From Amphiscolops sp. MND2022 (lineage: Eukaryota), in NCBI GenBank assembly GCA_964187785.1, contig OZ076418.1, forward strand, positions 13,392,001 to 13,456,000: 64,000 nucleotides of DNA. The letters are read 5' to 3'. The notes under the pieces are model-generated. The model had not been told where the DNA came from and did not search any database. It worked only from the letters and a program-made list of their open reading frames with translations. Positions 25,365-36,393 of the stretch are shown here, one piece after another. The stretch's first letter is position 1. Each line of letters begins with the position of its first letter. The position numbers were made by a program, and so were the translations under genes.

Positions 25365-28300
25365 TTGCCACGACTCCATATTAATGAAAAATTACGCATC
25401 AGACAATATATAATATCTGATCCTCCTACTATATACTATACTGAATATTACTCTTCCATTAAAGAAAATTCATCAGCTGACTGGCAGCAGCAGGTGAAGC
25501 ATTTGCCTACTCACTTACACAACCCGGACCTTCAGTCCGACAGACAGCACTCTAATACTATGACCATTCGCCCCCTTCCCCTAATCGATAACTATAACCC
25601 ATATTATCCTGACCCGGACTTCGGATTCGACCCCTATTGGGACATTCAAATCTACAACCAACATCAGCTACACTTCTACAACAACTTTACCAAAAACATT
25701 GCAGATATCGAACATGATCAACCCCACATTGATCAGATGCTGAACACAAAACTATCCACGGCCTCTGTTGACCCCTGGCAAAATGTGTGGATTAACACCA
25801 TTTCACCAATCCAGGAGGCAATAACCGAACAACTTCCACACAATGGACCTTTGGTCACATTGACGGCAACAGTGGAAGAGCGCTTTGTGAACACGCGGAT
25901 CTCACGAAACGGTGAACCTGACTACGTCCCGCTGACGACCAATTTGGGACTCAAATACAAACGACGGATGCTCTACTTCCCCATGGATTTTGGCGAACTA
26001 ACTTTAGATGGCCTTGTAGAAACGGGAGCCCTATCTAGCGCTATCCCAGAAGCTGCTCTACGTAAAATCCGATTATTAGCCCCTCAGTCAATAATTAAAG
26101 AGGGCCCAGCACCCAACTTCCAGATTATGGTAGCCAATGGACAGCTGGAGACTCCAAAGAGCACCGTTGAACTCAAATTCGAGGTCGGCGACATCGATTT
26201 CCACGAGATCTTCATTGTTATGGAAAAACTCACAAGTCCGTTAATTGGTCTCTCGTTCCTGCAACGGAACAATACCATACTGGACATGCGTCAAGGAGTT
26301 TTAAACTTCCCTTTCTTCTCCATGCAATTGAAAACAGCTGACCACAAGTACACTAACGTCATGGAACCTATCTGTGCACGGGAGGATATAACTATTCCCC
26401 CCAACGACAGACATATGGTTTCCATGTTCTCACAACTATATGACGACACAAACGTCACTGGAATTCTTCAACCGAGCAACGACCTTGCAGAAGATGGTGA
26501 TATAACCTTCTGCGCCGCTCTAGTCACACTGACCCAAGGTCAGGTATCAATCCATGTCAACAACTTCACTGACCAACCGTACACCCTCAAAAGAGGTTCG
26601 CACATTGCCAATTTCTCTGTCCTCACAGAGCAGATGAAATACGTCAAACCCATTGATCCTGTGACCACCTGGCACCTTTTGAAGGATAACCCGGAAAATG
26701 CTGCCTATTATGCCAGTAGCCTGATCAAATCTCCGAAAACTAGCGATGATAGTGAGAACTATTGGTTCCTTACTCCAGAAGAACCAGGAGATCCCCAAAC
26801 TCACACACCAATACAACAAAGAATCCTTAGAGAACTACGAAATCTCCAAGATTTAGAGAAACTCAACCCTCAGGATGACCCTGAATCGCGGAAACAATTT
26901 CTTGCTAACTTCGACTGGACAGACTCGACGCTAAATCCAGCCGAAATTGCCCAAATTGAAGAATTACTTGTTGAATTTCACGATACTTTTGCACGACACC
27001 GCTTTGATATAGGTATGAACGAGGACTTCAAGGTCACTTTGACCCCTAAAGATGACTCTCCTGCCTATAGTCAAAGCTTACCTACTCCTATCAACCTCAA
27101 AGAAGATATCCTTGTAGAACTAGCCCTACTACATCGATATGGGATTATAACAACTCTCCCATTTTCCAAATATGCAAGTCCCATTTTTGCCCAGAAAAAA
27201 CCTAACGGCAAACTTCGACTCCTGGTCGACCTCCGAAAGATCAACAACCTGATTTCCGACGATTATATCAACAACAACCATTCTGTCAGCACACTAACGG
27301 ATGCTGTGCAACACATGGCAGGCAAACGATTATTTTGCAAACTTGATTGTTCTCAAGCATACCACTGCCTTCAGATGGCTGACCAGAGGTCAATCGAGAT
27401 GCTGGCGTTCAATTTTGCCAGCAGAACCTTTGCCTATCGCCGACTTGCCCAAGGTCTATGCAGAGCGCTGTCCGCATTCTCGAGCTTTATGCGCGAATAC
27501 CTGGATAAAGTGATAAAAGCTGACCAATGCGCTCAGTACGTAGATGATATTGGGATAGCTGCAAACGACGCTACTCAGCTCATCAACAACCTTCGAGCAA
27601 CGTTCCAGTGCATCAGGACCGCTAGCCTCAAACTAACGATGCACAAATGCCATTTCGGCGCCAAGAAAATCGACTTCCTGGGACGTACCATCACTCCTGA
27701 AGGGGTGCGGCCACAACGACCCAGGGTCCAGAATTTCTTGGAAAAGACCAAATTCCCTAAATCCAAGAAAGCCCTTCAAAGATACTTGGGATTCTTGAAC
27801 TACTACCGTAACTACATTCCAAGACTCTCAGAAAAACTCACACCGTTTTTCAAGTTATTGAAAAGTGATGCCAAAGTCATGGTGACACCCGATCTGTTAG
27901 AAAAATTCACCGAGATCAACAAAGCTCTTGACCGATGTTGTGAACTGGCACTCAAACAACCTCTACCCGATAAACAGATAGCCCTGATGACAGACGCTAG
28001 TTTTTCGGCAGCAGGTTATGCAGTTCTCATCGAGGACGATCCGATGGAAAAATATACTTCGACGCGAAAAGCCTTCGCACCTGTAGCATATGGATCCAAG
28101 ACCTTTAGTCCAGCCCAACTGAAGATGTCCATTTATGCGAAAGAATTCCTAGCATTATTCTTTGCATTCAAAGAGTTTGGCCATATCTTCTGGGGGACCC
28201 CGAAACCTGTGATAATACTAACAGACAACAAGTCAGTCACTCGCTTTTTTCAAACAAAAATCATTCCACCTACATTGTGGAACGCGTGTGACTACGTTAT

Positions 28301-30542
28301 GCAGTTTAGTTTCACGATCGCTCATATACCAGGCAAAAACAATACCGCTGCAGATTATTTGTCTCGTCTTGAAATCTGTCCCAAAGAGAAACTCATACTC
28401 CGAATACGGGAGGACATCCCCACCACACCCATTGAACTCAACGTCCAATCGGCGGGAGTCACTGAAGAGGAACAGATCTTCTATACAGACGATGACGAGG
28501 AAACCGAAGAACAAATCTGGAAGCGCAAACAAGATGCCAGGTCAAATCCTATGAATCAACCTCCTGATATTTTGTTAGATCATCTTAGCACTCATGATAA
28601 TACACAATTCCAACCTCAAAATATACAAAAACTGACAAAACCAACCACCATGGCTATAGAACAACAGAACGACCTTATCTTGCATCAATTACGACTCAAA
28701 CTGCAAAAAGAAGAATACTCTGAAACCATCTTACAGCAAGATTCGCGCTACCGACATTACTGCCGTCAAATTGACCGTCTGTCCGTACATGATGACATCA
28801 TTTTCAGAGACTACTACGATGAAACAGGCAGTGTCCAATTCCGCCAAGCATTATTACCGAAACATCTAGTCACAGAATTACTTCAATCACTACATGGTTC
28901 CGCGAACAAACACCCGGGAATCTCAAAAATGCTGCACGAAATTCGACGAAAATACTACTATCCTGGAATCGCAAAAATTGTCAAAAAGTGGGTCCAGGGG
29001 TGTGAAATTTGTATAAAAGACAAAAGAATCAACAATGCATCCATAACACCTGAATTACTCAATTTACCTGAAAGGGATCTTGGCCCAGAAGATGCCTTAC
29101 AAATTGACATTCTGCCCAACTTACCCCCAAGTGGAGGTTACGAAAATGTCATAACGGCTCTGGACGTGTTTTCGAGATATCTTTTTGCCTACCCAGTAAC
29201 GGACGCTTCGGCCGTCAATACGGCAAAGGTCATTATTGATATCATGACAAAACATTCCTACTTGCCGACTACGCTAATCACCGACAAAGGCACTGCCTTT
29301 ACGTCCAAACTACTAGAAGAAATTACCAAAATTTTAGGAATTCACCTTCGGTGCGCGACCACAAAGCATCCTCAGACGATAGGCAAACTAGAACGCACTC
29401 ATGCCAGCCTTAAGGGCAACCTTAAAATGGCATCAGGCGAATACAGGCGTCAATGGCACAAATATCTCCCATTGGCCGTCCTTAATTATAACACGACCTA
29501 TCATTCAAGTCTTGGATGCGAACCCACCCGAATTTTTCATGGAAGAGTACCCTATAATATCTTAGACCATCGGTTAGGATTAAACCCTAACCCAAAGATC
29601 ACTCCAACGACTGATTTTGCTGAAGAATTCCAAAGACGTACGCAAATACTAATTCATCAAACAAAGAAAAACATCATGCAATCATATTTAAAGTACAAGG
29701 AATATTATGACCGAAAGGCTAAAGCAGCTCCTCTACAACAAGGAGATTTTTGCTTCATTTTACAACCTCTAGCTGACCATCAAGGCTCTAAAATTCCTTT
29801 TCGTGAATTTCGTTGGATCGGACCGTACGTCATTGAAAAAGTTTTCCCTAACGACAACTATATTGTTCGCAAACTTAGTACTAACAAAACGCAGATATTA
29901 CACCGAATACGCCTTAGAAAATACACTCCAAATACTACCCCACAAGACATTCGTCCCGAAGGATATTCACAAGCAGACGATGAAATTATTATTCCACAAG
30001 ATGATCTGTACATCATTTCATGGGAAACCAATTTTGACGATTTCCCTCCTAATTCTGAAAATCGGACTGTTACTAATGAACTCCCTACCAATTCCGATGA
30101 ACAAGATGCTATAATCACAGATTTGGACCCACGGTCCACGCGACGGCAAACAAATACTGACGCCGCTCACGCTGATGATACTGATAGTGACTCACGCTCA
30201 AACGAAATAAACGAAGCGGACCTTCGGTCCGCGCGACGGCAAACAAATACTGAGGCTGATAATACGGAGCAGTACTCAAGAAACGCACACAATGAGGACC
30301 GTCAGTCCGCTAGACGGCAACAAAGTACCGAATCTGAAAACGATGAATTGATCAATCAGGACTTTCCTAGAGATAAAAATTCAGAAATTTCAACTTCCGG
30401 GGGGAACGATACAACCGTGCCCGATGTATTAATTGAAGAAACTGATGATTATGTTGTAGAAAATGAAAGTCCTAGGGGAGGGAGATATAACCTACGTCCC
30501 AATCCTACCCCAACTTCACTGACGAATACAGATACTAGTTAG
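25365..30542 (+). CDS. pol: pol polyprotein, copy 2 (1725-aa ORF: PR with ETG, dUTPase-like, RT, RNase H, integrase, acidic tail)
   Basis: Uninterrupted ORF with LVETGA, YVDD, RNase H motifs, HHCC, DDE and GPY. A 1-nt deletion changes the last few residues. Confidence 0.95.
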   Translation: MPRLHINEKLRIRQYIISDPPTIYYTEYYSSIKENSSADWQQQVKHLPTHLHNPDLQSDRQHSNTMTIRPLPLIDNYNPYYPDPDFGFDPYWDIQIYNQHQLHFYNNFTKNIADIEHDQPHIDQMLNTKLSTASVDPWQNVWINTISPIQEAITEQLPHNGPLVTLTATVEERFVNTRISRNGEPDYVPLTTNLGLKYKRRMLYFPMDFGELTLDGLVETGALSSAIPEAALRKIRLLAPQSIIKEGPAPNFQIMVANGQLETPKSTVELKFEVGDIDFHEIFIVMEKLTSPLIGLSFLQRNNTILDMRQGVLNFPFFSMQLKTADHKYTNVMEPICAREDITIPPNDRHMVSMFSQLYDDTNVTGILQPSNDLAEDGDITFCAALVTLTQGQVSIHVNNFTDQPYTLKRGSHIANFSVLTEQMKYVKPIDPVTTWHLLKDNPENAAYYASSLIKSPKTSDDSENYWFLTPEEPGDPQTHTPIQQRILRELRNLQDLEKLNPQDDPESRKQFLANFDWTDSTLNPAEIAQIEELLVEFHDTFARHRFDIGMNEDFKVTLTPKDDSPAYSQSLPTPINLKEDILVELALLHRYGIITTLPFSKYASPIFAQKKPNGKLRLLVDLRKINNLISDDYINNNHSVSTLTDAVQHMAGKRLFCKLDCSQAYHCLQMADQRSIEMLAFNFASRTFAYRRLAQGLCRALSAFSSFMREYLDKVIKADQCAQYVDDIGIAANDATQLINNLRATFQCIRTASLKLTMHKCHFGAKKIDFLGRTITPEGVRPQRPRVQNFLEKTKFPKSKKALQRYLGFLNYYRNYIPRLSEKLTPFFKLLKSDAKVMVTPDLLEKFTEINKALDRCCELALKQPLPDKQIALMTDASFSAAGYAVLIEDDPMEKYTSTRKAFAPVAYGSKTFSPAQLKMSIYAKEFLALFFAFKEFGHIFWGTPKPVIILTDNKSVTRFFQTKIIPPTLWNACDYVMQFSFTIAHIPGKNNTAADYLSRLEICPKEKLILRIREDIPTTPIELNVQSAGVTEEEQIFYTDDDEETEEQIWKRKQDARSNPMNQPPDILLDHLSTHDNTQFQPQNIQKLTKPTTMAIEQQNDLILHQLRLKLQKEEYSETILQQDSRYRHYCRQIDRLSVHDDIIFRDYYDETGSVQFRQALLPKHLVTELLQSLHGSANKHPGISKMLHEIRRKYYYPGIAKIVKKWVQGCEICIKDKRINNASITPELLNLPERDLGPEDALQIDILPNLPPSGGYENVITALDVFSRYLFAYPVTDASAVNTAKVIIDIMTKHSYLPTTLITDKGTAFTSKLLEEITKILGIHLRCATTKHPQTIGKLERTHASLKGNLKMASGEYRRQWHKYLPLAVLNYNTTYHSSLGCEPTRIFHGRVPYNILDHRLGLNPNPKITPTTDFAEEFQRRTQILIHQTKKNIMQSYLKYKEYYDRKAKAAPLQQGDFCFILQPLADHQGSKIPFREFRWIGPYVIEKVFPNDNYIVRKLSTNKTQILHRIRLRKYTPNTTPQDIRPEGYSQADDEIIIPQDDLYIISWETNFDDFPPNSENRTVTNELPTNSDEQDAIITDLDPRSTRRQTNTDAAHADDTDSDSRSNEINEADLRSARRQTNTEADNTEQYSRNAHNEDRQSARRQQSTESENDELINQDFPRDKNSEISTSGGNDTTVPDVLIEETDDYVVENESPRGGRYNLRPNPTPTSLTNTDTS

Positions 30543-30726
30543 AACATGTAAATTCACTGGCCCGACTCAACACCTTTTGACTCTCCAATTATATTTTTAT
30601 GGGCCTCGACTGTTTTGTAGTCCACAATAACAGATCAAACACAGGCATAAAATAAACAAACTCAAAACGGCCAACAAACGAAAGACTACATAAATACAAA
30701 TAAACACAAATGTACATATGGAACAA

Positions 30727-33700
30727 TTAAACGTCTTTAATGCCAGAAGAAGAAAACATCTCACTGTCTGATGGTCGCTTGACAGGCGAATTTTTGGTAC
30801 TAGAGGAAGGGAGACTCTTAGTGACGTTGCGGCTCTTTGAGTCCTTAAATCGTAGTCTTCGGGCGTCAGATTTCTGGGTATTGTGCTTAGGCTTCAGAGC
30901 AGAAAGAATGCTGGACCGATTGAAATAATTCAGGCCCTCCCAAGGATCATATGTGTCAGAAAAGGCAGACCCACCAAAAGTGGGTTCAAGGGCCAGGAAT
31001 TCAGAAATCGATGGAGCAGCAGTCAAGATGTCTATACAATGGCCCACGTTTATAAAGAAAGACTGCACTGGGAGAATAATGTCGATCAACTTGCTCTTTG
31101 GATCATCCGTACGAACAGACCCGAATTTCACAGTGGGCATATCTGTATAATCCTCGTCTAGACACAGGCAGCTCAGCCTGAAGATTCGTGCAAGATGTGG
31201 ACGAGTTCGCAGCGCCTCATGTTTCGAAATGTAAGTGACAGCGTCAGTGATAATGACTCTAGGTTGGTCCAAATCGGGTAGCTCTTTCCTTAAATCATCC
31301 AAAAAGGATAAATACTCTTCCACGTAAATGGACTCCTCGTCGGACTGGAAGTACCCACGAAGTTGGAAGCTTCGGAACAACTGCTTATAACAATAAAGAG
31401 CCTGACTGAGAGGACATCTGAACATGATGTCTAAATCGAACGATCCAAGTCCTTTCACAATATCCGACGTGAGTTGAAGACTGCTCTGCGCAGAATGAAA
31501 CAAATAAGCGACATACGCTCTTCCGAGTCTGCCGAAGTCTTCCTTAGCTTCCTGTATTAGTTTAGGGAGGTTGGCACGACCCCCGTTTTTGTCACTCAGC
31601 TCCCGTTCAGCCTTGATCTTGCAAGCGACACTCAGTCTCTGCTCCAACTTGGACCGCACGATAAAATCGGTGATTGAAAGAGCCCTGGTATCCGAGACGG
31701 AAATGCTGAGGATTTCGGACAAGTCATTTTCCTGTGGAAGACCTTTGGGCCGCATGCAACGCCTGCCAAGCTTGAGAAGAAACTGACACAATTGGCGATA
31801 AATGTCAAAACCGTGGTCCCGTCTCCCAACAAGGTGTGGCACAAAACTAGTAGTGTCTAAACAACATACGTTAATGTACCCATGAAATTTACCACTACAA
31901 TGCAACCAACGAAAGGATACTACTAACAGTCCCTGACTAGTCGGTAAAAGAGCTCGAGTCGGCAGAGGAATAGTTCGTCACTGAGCATTGCTCTCTCCAG
32001 ATTTTGTGGCTAAAATTCCGGCGGGTTACATAAAGGATCCAAAATAGACCTAGGGTCAGTATGACGGCAAAACTTACTTGTTTTCTCACTCCCATCATTT
32101 CATGAGGAGGAGCATAGGCATCCAGGTAACTTGACACATTAGACCAATGGGAGAGAAGCTCCTGACAGAGAGTCGGCAAAGTACCCAGTTCAATTTGACA
32201 CGTTCTCACGGCCTGAAGGAACCAGATTGTTAAGCCGCAACACAATACAGAACATTGAAAACGATCAAAAACAACCAACCTTTGCTAGAACTGGCGTTAG
32301 TAAGGTCCAATCCTGGTCGAGGCAGCCTCCTAAGAAGTCAATCAAGTACTGTAGTACTGAATGAAAGTCGATTCGCCCAAAGACGCTATAACTCTCCTTG
32401 TGCATAAGTTTGGCAATAGAGAAATCAGCAAATCGAAGTGGGCGTTGCAGTCCATGCTCGTTTATTGGGGAGTCATCAATAGACTGAATTGTCTCCAGTG
32501 TACTCCCGGAACAACTGACGATGTTAGGAGAGGTTGAAAATACAGCCATGACGTCACTTATGAGATGAAGTTCAGCTGCGGACTGACCAAGAACCCGACC
32601 TGTTCGCTTGAGGAGGACCCGACACAGTTCATCTTTTCGCCAGAACCGCACGAACACCAGTAGAAAAACTCCTTGTTTTACAAACTCCAAGGAATACTCT
32701 CCTGACTCAACTATGTGTGTCCCGATGTCATGTAGAGCCTGCAGGAAGAGGTGATGGAAGAGAGCCTGAAAACAACAACAACTTGTTAGCCATCTTTAGC
32801 CTAAGAGTCAAGGACGGACACAAGGTCGGTATGACGGCAATAAAATACTAACTGACAGACGTTCTTTACTCCAGTCAAAGTCTGTGAATAGAGCCTGGTG
32901 ATTGACAACGACACCAATGTCTCGCCAAAGGTTTCTTAGGGCACTTATGTCTCCATGGGTTCGTAAGTAGTGACCAAGAACTGACACCTGGACCTTTGCT
33001 CTATTTTCTGATGAAGACGCCATATAGTCAGTGCCCCTCAAGTAGTCGTCATAGAAAGGGAGTTTCTCGCCAATATCAACAAGCACGACATCCTTGAACT
33101 TCGGTAACTCCAGTTGCAATTGGTATGGAGTAAGGAGTTTCCCATCCCTACCACGAACGTGGTGCTTCACCACCTTGGTCACAGGGTCCTCAGTGGCAAG
33201 GTGTTCGTATCGCCACCTCTGGTCCTTACGAAGATGCCGCTCTGTAGCATGGTGACGTAAGATCTCTCGGGCTCCCCGGCCATAAATTGAGATATTGCCT
33301 TTACAGATTTGGCAATAAAATTTATAAGGGTTCCACCGAGGATCGACCGGCCCTGACACAAAAGTCTTTGTCCATTCCATGCCGCCCTTAAAGTACGCTT
33401 CTTTCATTATCTTACAGGAATGTGGGACTCGGTGTCGATTGATTGTATTGCCCGTTGTCGCCCTCTTGCGTGGCCGCTTCCGGGAGTTAGACTTTGACTT
33501 TTCAGCGACAGCTTCAGCTTTAAGCACTGCTAGGGTCTGGGCTCCGGGACTATCCACCTGGAATTCGGTTTCAGCGGACCGTGAGTCAACTCGACTGCAC
33601 CCAGGAGGGCCAACTGGAGGTGGAGTGAAGGGCCCACTCTCAAAGTCGGAGTGTTCGTACTCATACCCGATACTGGCAAAGTCATCAGAACTCCTCAGTA

Positions 33701-34976
33701 CTCCACTAGTGTCGCTGGCATCTCCTGACATTGTTCCGGATTGGGGACCGGGTGTGCACGCTCGAAACGCTGATTTCCTGGATTGCGCTCTACCAGCGGG
33801 AGAAGCTAGAGTCGTCCCAAGGTTTAGCCTGCTTGTTCGCTCTATCAAATTCTCCATTGTTTTGAGGGAGGACTTTACGGCTTCATCTGCAACAGCTCTC
33901 AGGATACAGCTTACCTGATTCTCATTGAGTGCTAAGGTCGAGTGGCCAGGTGGCAATGCAACTGGGTTGGTGGTTTCGAAACATTCCTTTACGAGGGCAC
34001 GGCTACTTGCTGATGATTGGTGACTCCTGGTCACCTCCTCGGGGAAATCCATAGAGGTCAAACTGTCTGCATCACTGACTCTAAGTCTGCTTTAATCCAC
34101 TGGGGCATGCAAAGCGTCAGCCACTGTCGACCCTACTGGCCCAGCAGATTCCTGTCCAGCCTCGCTAGCGGACCTATTAGAAGGGCTGTGAAGGACTACG
34201 GTAAGGGGGTCATTCAGCCTAAATTCGTCTTCAGAAGCTGAGAAACCTTCAGTGTTTGACGGACCTTCAGTATCAGAGACGGAAACAGAGAACTCTCTTC
34301 TAGAGTCCCCAATCTTAACGCACAATTTCTGGATTTTTGGCTCTGACGGCTTATACATCGACTTCAGATTACTCTTGTTTGGATTTTTTGGAGGGTCCAG
34401 AAAAGCAACTCTTGGCACAGAATCGACAATCTCGGCCTCAATTTGATCAGGATGATTTTGAGTAGGAGCCAATTCCAACGTAACACTGTCACTGAATTTC
34501 TCAACATTGCCGCCACTTGGACCTTGGGTACTGTCTTCAGGGGTGACATCCAATTGTTCCCATTTTCGAGCGATATACGCCCCGCAACTTTCGTCAGTAC
34601 TGCTGCTCTCCACATTGGCACTTCCAATTGCGGTTAGAGGGGTGACAGTCAACTCAGTCTGTTCAGCTGGTAAAGTTGGGGGGGATCCATCTTGACTCAT
34701 TGCTTGTACCCCAGTTCCAACGGAATGGACTAAGGAACCGACGACAGTGTTCATAGCGGACTGCACGTTAACAGTAGTGTCCATCTCCTCGTGGCTGGAT
34801 TGGGGAATACGTACCGACGAGGGACTCCCAGCGTGCGAAGAAGCAGTCACGAACGACTCACTAGTATCCATTCGATCTTCCCCTTCCGCGTTCAATTGGA
34901 GAGGTCGGCCGTTTGACTCATTATCTAAACGAAATGAGATAAATAAGCGCGGTTCACTTCCTGAAAATGTATCCAT
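30727..34976 (-). pseudogene. Antisense spliced Zn-finger/hAT-like accessory gene, copy 3 (best preserved; 1318 aa reconstructed)
   Basis: Exons 34976-32853 (2124 nt), 32765-32280 (486), 32212-32078 (135), 32009-31928 (82) and 31856-30727 (1130) sum to 3957 nt = 1319 codons. Only one lesion is evident: AAA>TAA at 34092. Confidence 0.88.
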
Positions 34977-35732
34977 CTTAGCGCTTTTCAAAAATTCTTC
35001 CGGAAGTTCTTTGACTCAATGTTCATGCTTCATGCAAACATTTCACGATGGAGGAAGTGACTTTGTTAAAATTAAGAGCCTTGATCAAGCCTTGTTTTAA
35101 CACCTTTGAAAGAACCAACCTGATGCAAATGCCATGACGGGTTTGCAGAATTGATGTGATCCTTTTGAAACGCACAGATTAGTCCAGAAAAGGGTAGATT
35201 GTTTAGCTGTATCCAAATAGTAGTCGACGGACAGTCCACTTTTAGGTACGATACAACTCTTCCAAAATATTCGCAATCAAAGGAGAGAACTCGATACTCT
35301 GTTCAGAAAAGCAATTAATCGTGCCAAGAATGACAATTAGCAAGAAGAAGTGGTTTAACCACAAGTAGGTAATTAACAGAAAATTTCAAAAAATCACCGA
35401 AAGCGATAACAGACGATCAATGAACGACTCAAGGTCAGAGAGACTATACAGATTACGGGTAATACAGTATAGCTCAAGTGATGCTGCTTGAGAAGACAAT
35501 TAATAGACTGAAATTGAAGTTAGTGGTGAATATTGCACGAAATGGGACGTAACGTCAACCTGACGGCAGTGTGTTACTAGTTCGCGATTAAGTATTATTA
35601 ACCACTACCAATATGTTGGACTATGAGTCACCTCGACGGCACGACTTTAATTGATACCTAGTACACTTCTCTTCTCACTAACTTGACCCTCCAACTACTA
35701 CTTCTACTAATTACTAATTCTTACCATTAACT

Positions 35733-35881
35733 NNNNNNNNNNNNNNNNNNNNNNNNNNNNNNNNNNNNNNNNNNNNNNNNNNNNNNNNNNNNNNNNNNNN
35801 NNNNNNNNNNNNNNNNNNNNNNNNNNNNNNNNNNNNNNNNNNNNNNNNNNNNNNNNNNNNNNNNNNNNNNNNNNNNNNNNN
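35733..35881. other. Assembly gap or masked run (149 N)
   Basis: N run at the position of the (TAT)n tract. Confidence 0.99.
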
Positions 35882-36393
35882 ACAATTATTATTATCAATA
35901 TTATTATCATTATTGCTCTTACTTTAACTATCATTTGGATGTCGTGGCTACATGTAAGATCTACGCTTATGTTACCATCTCTTCCTTTATGTTAATCAAA
36001 CTCTACTACTCATAGTTCATGGTATGGAATCTGCCAGTAAAATATTCATGGACTTCTTTACTTGTTTCACTTTATTTCACTCTCTTCACCTAAAAAATGC
36101 ATCAAATTACTTATTTCATTTCACATTCATAAAATTATTCGTCATTTTTTACCAATCAATCCAGTGTTATTTGACTGGTTATCATCATTGCTGCCGTCGA
36201 AAGGACCGACGGTCTTTCAAGTTAATTGTTGACGAAGAATTAAGAGAGACAACACTTAGATTGTCAAGTGACGCCTTTGAAGAATAAAGTAAAACAACTT
36301 GAAGAGGCAATTAACAAGCTTCGCAGATAAATTACTCGAAAATTATTCGAGACTCCGCTCTTAATCGAAACCTAAATAGGAAATGTGAAAACT

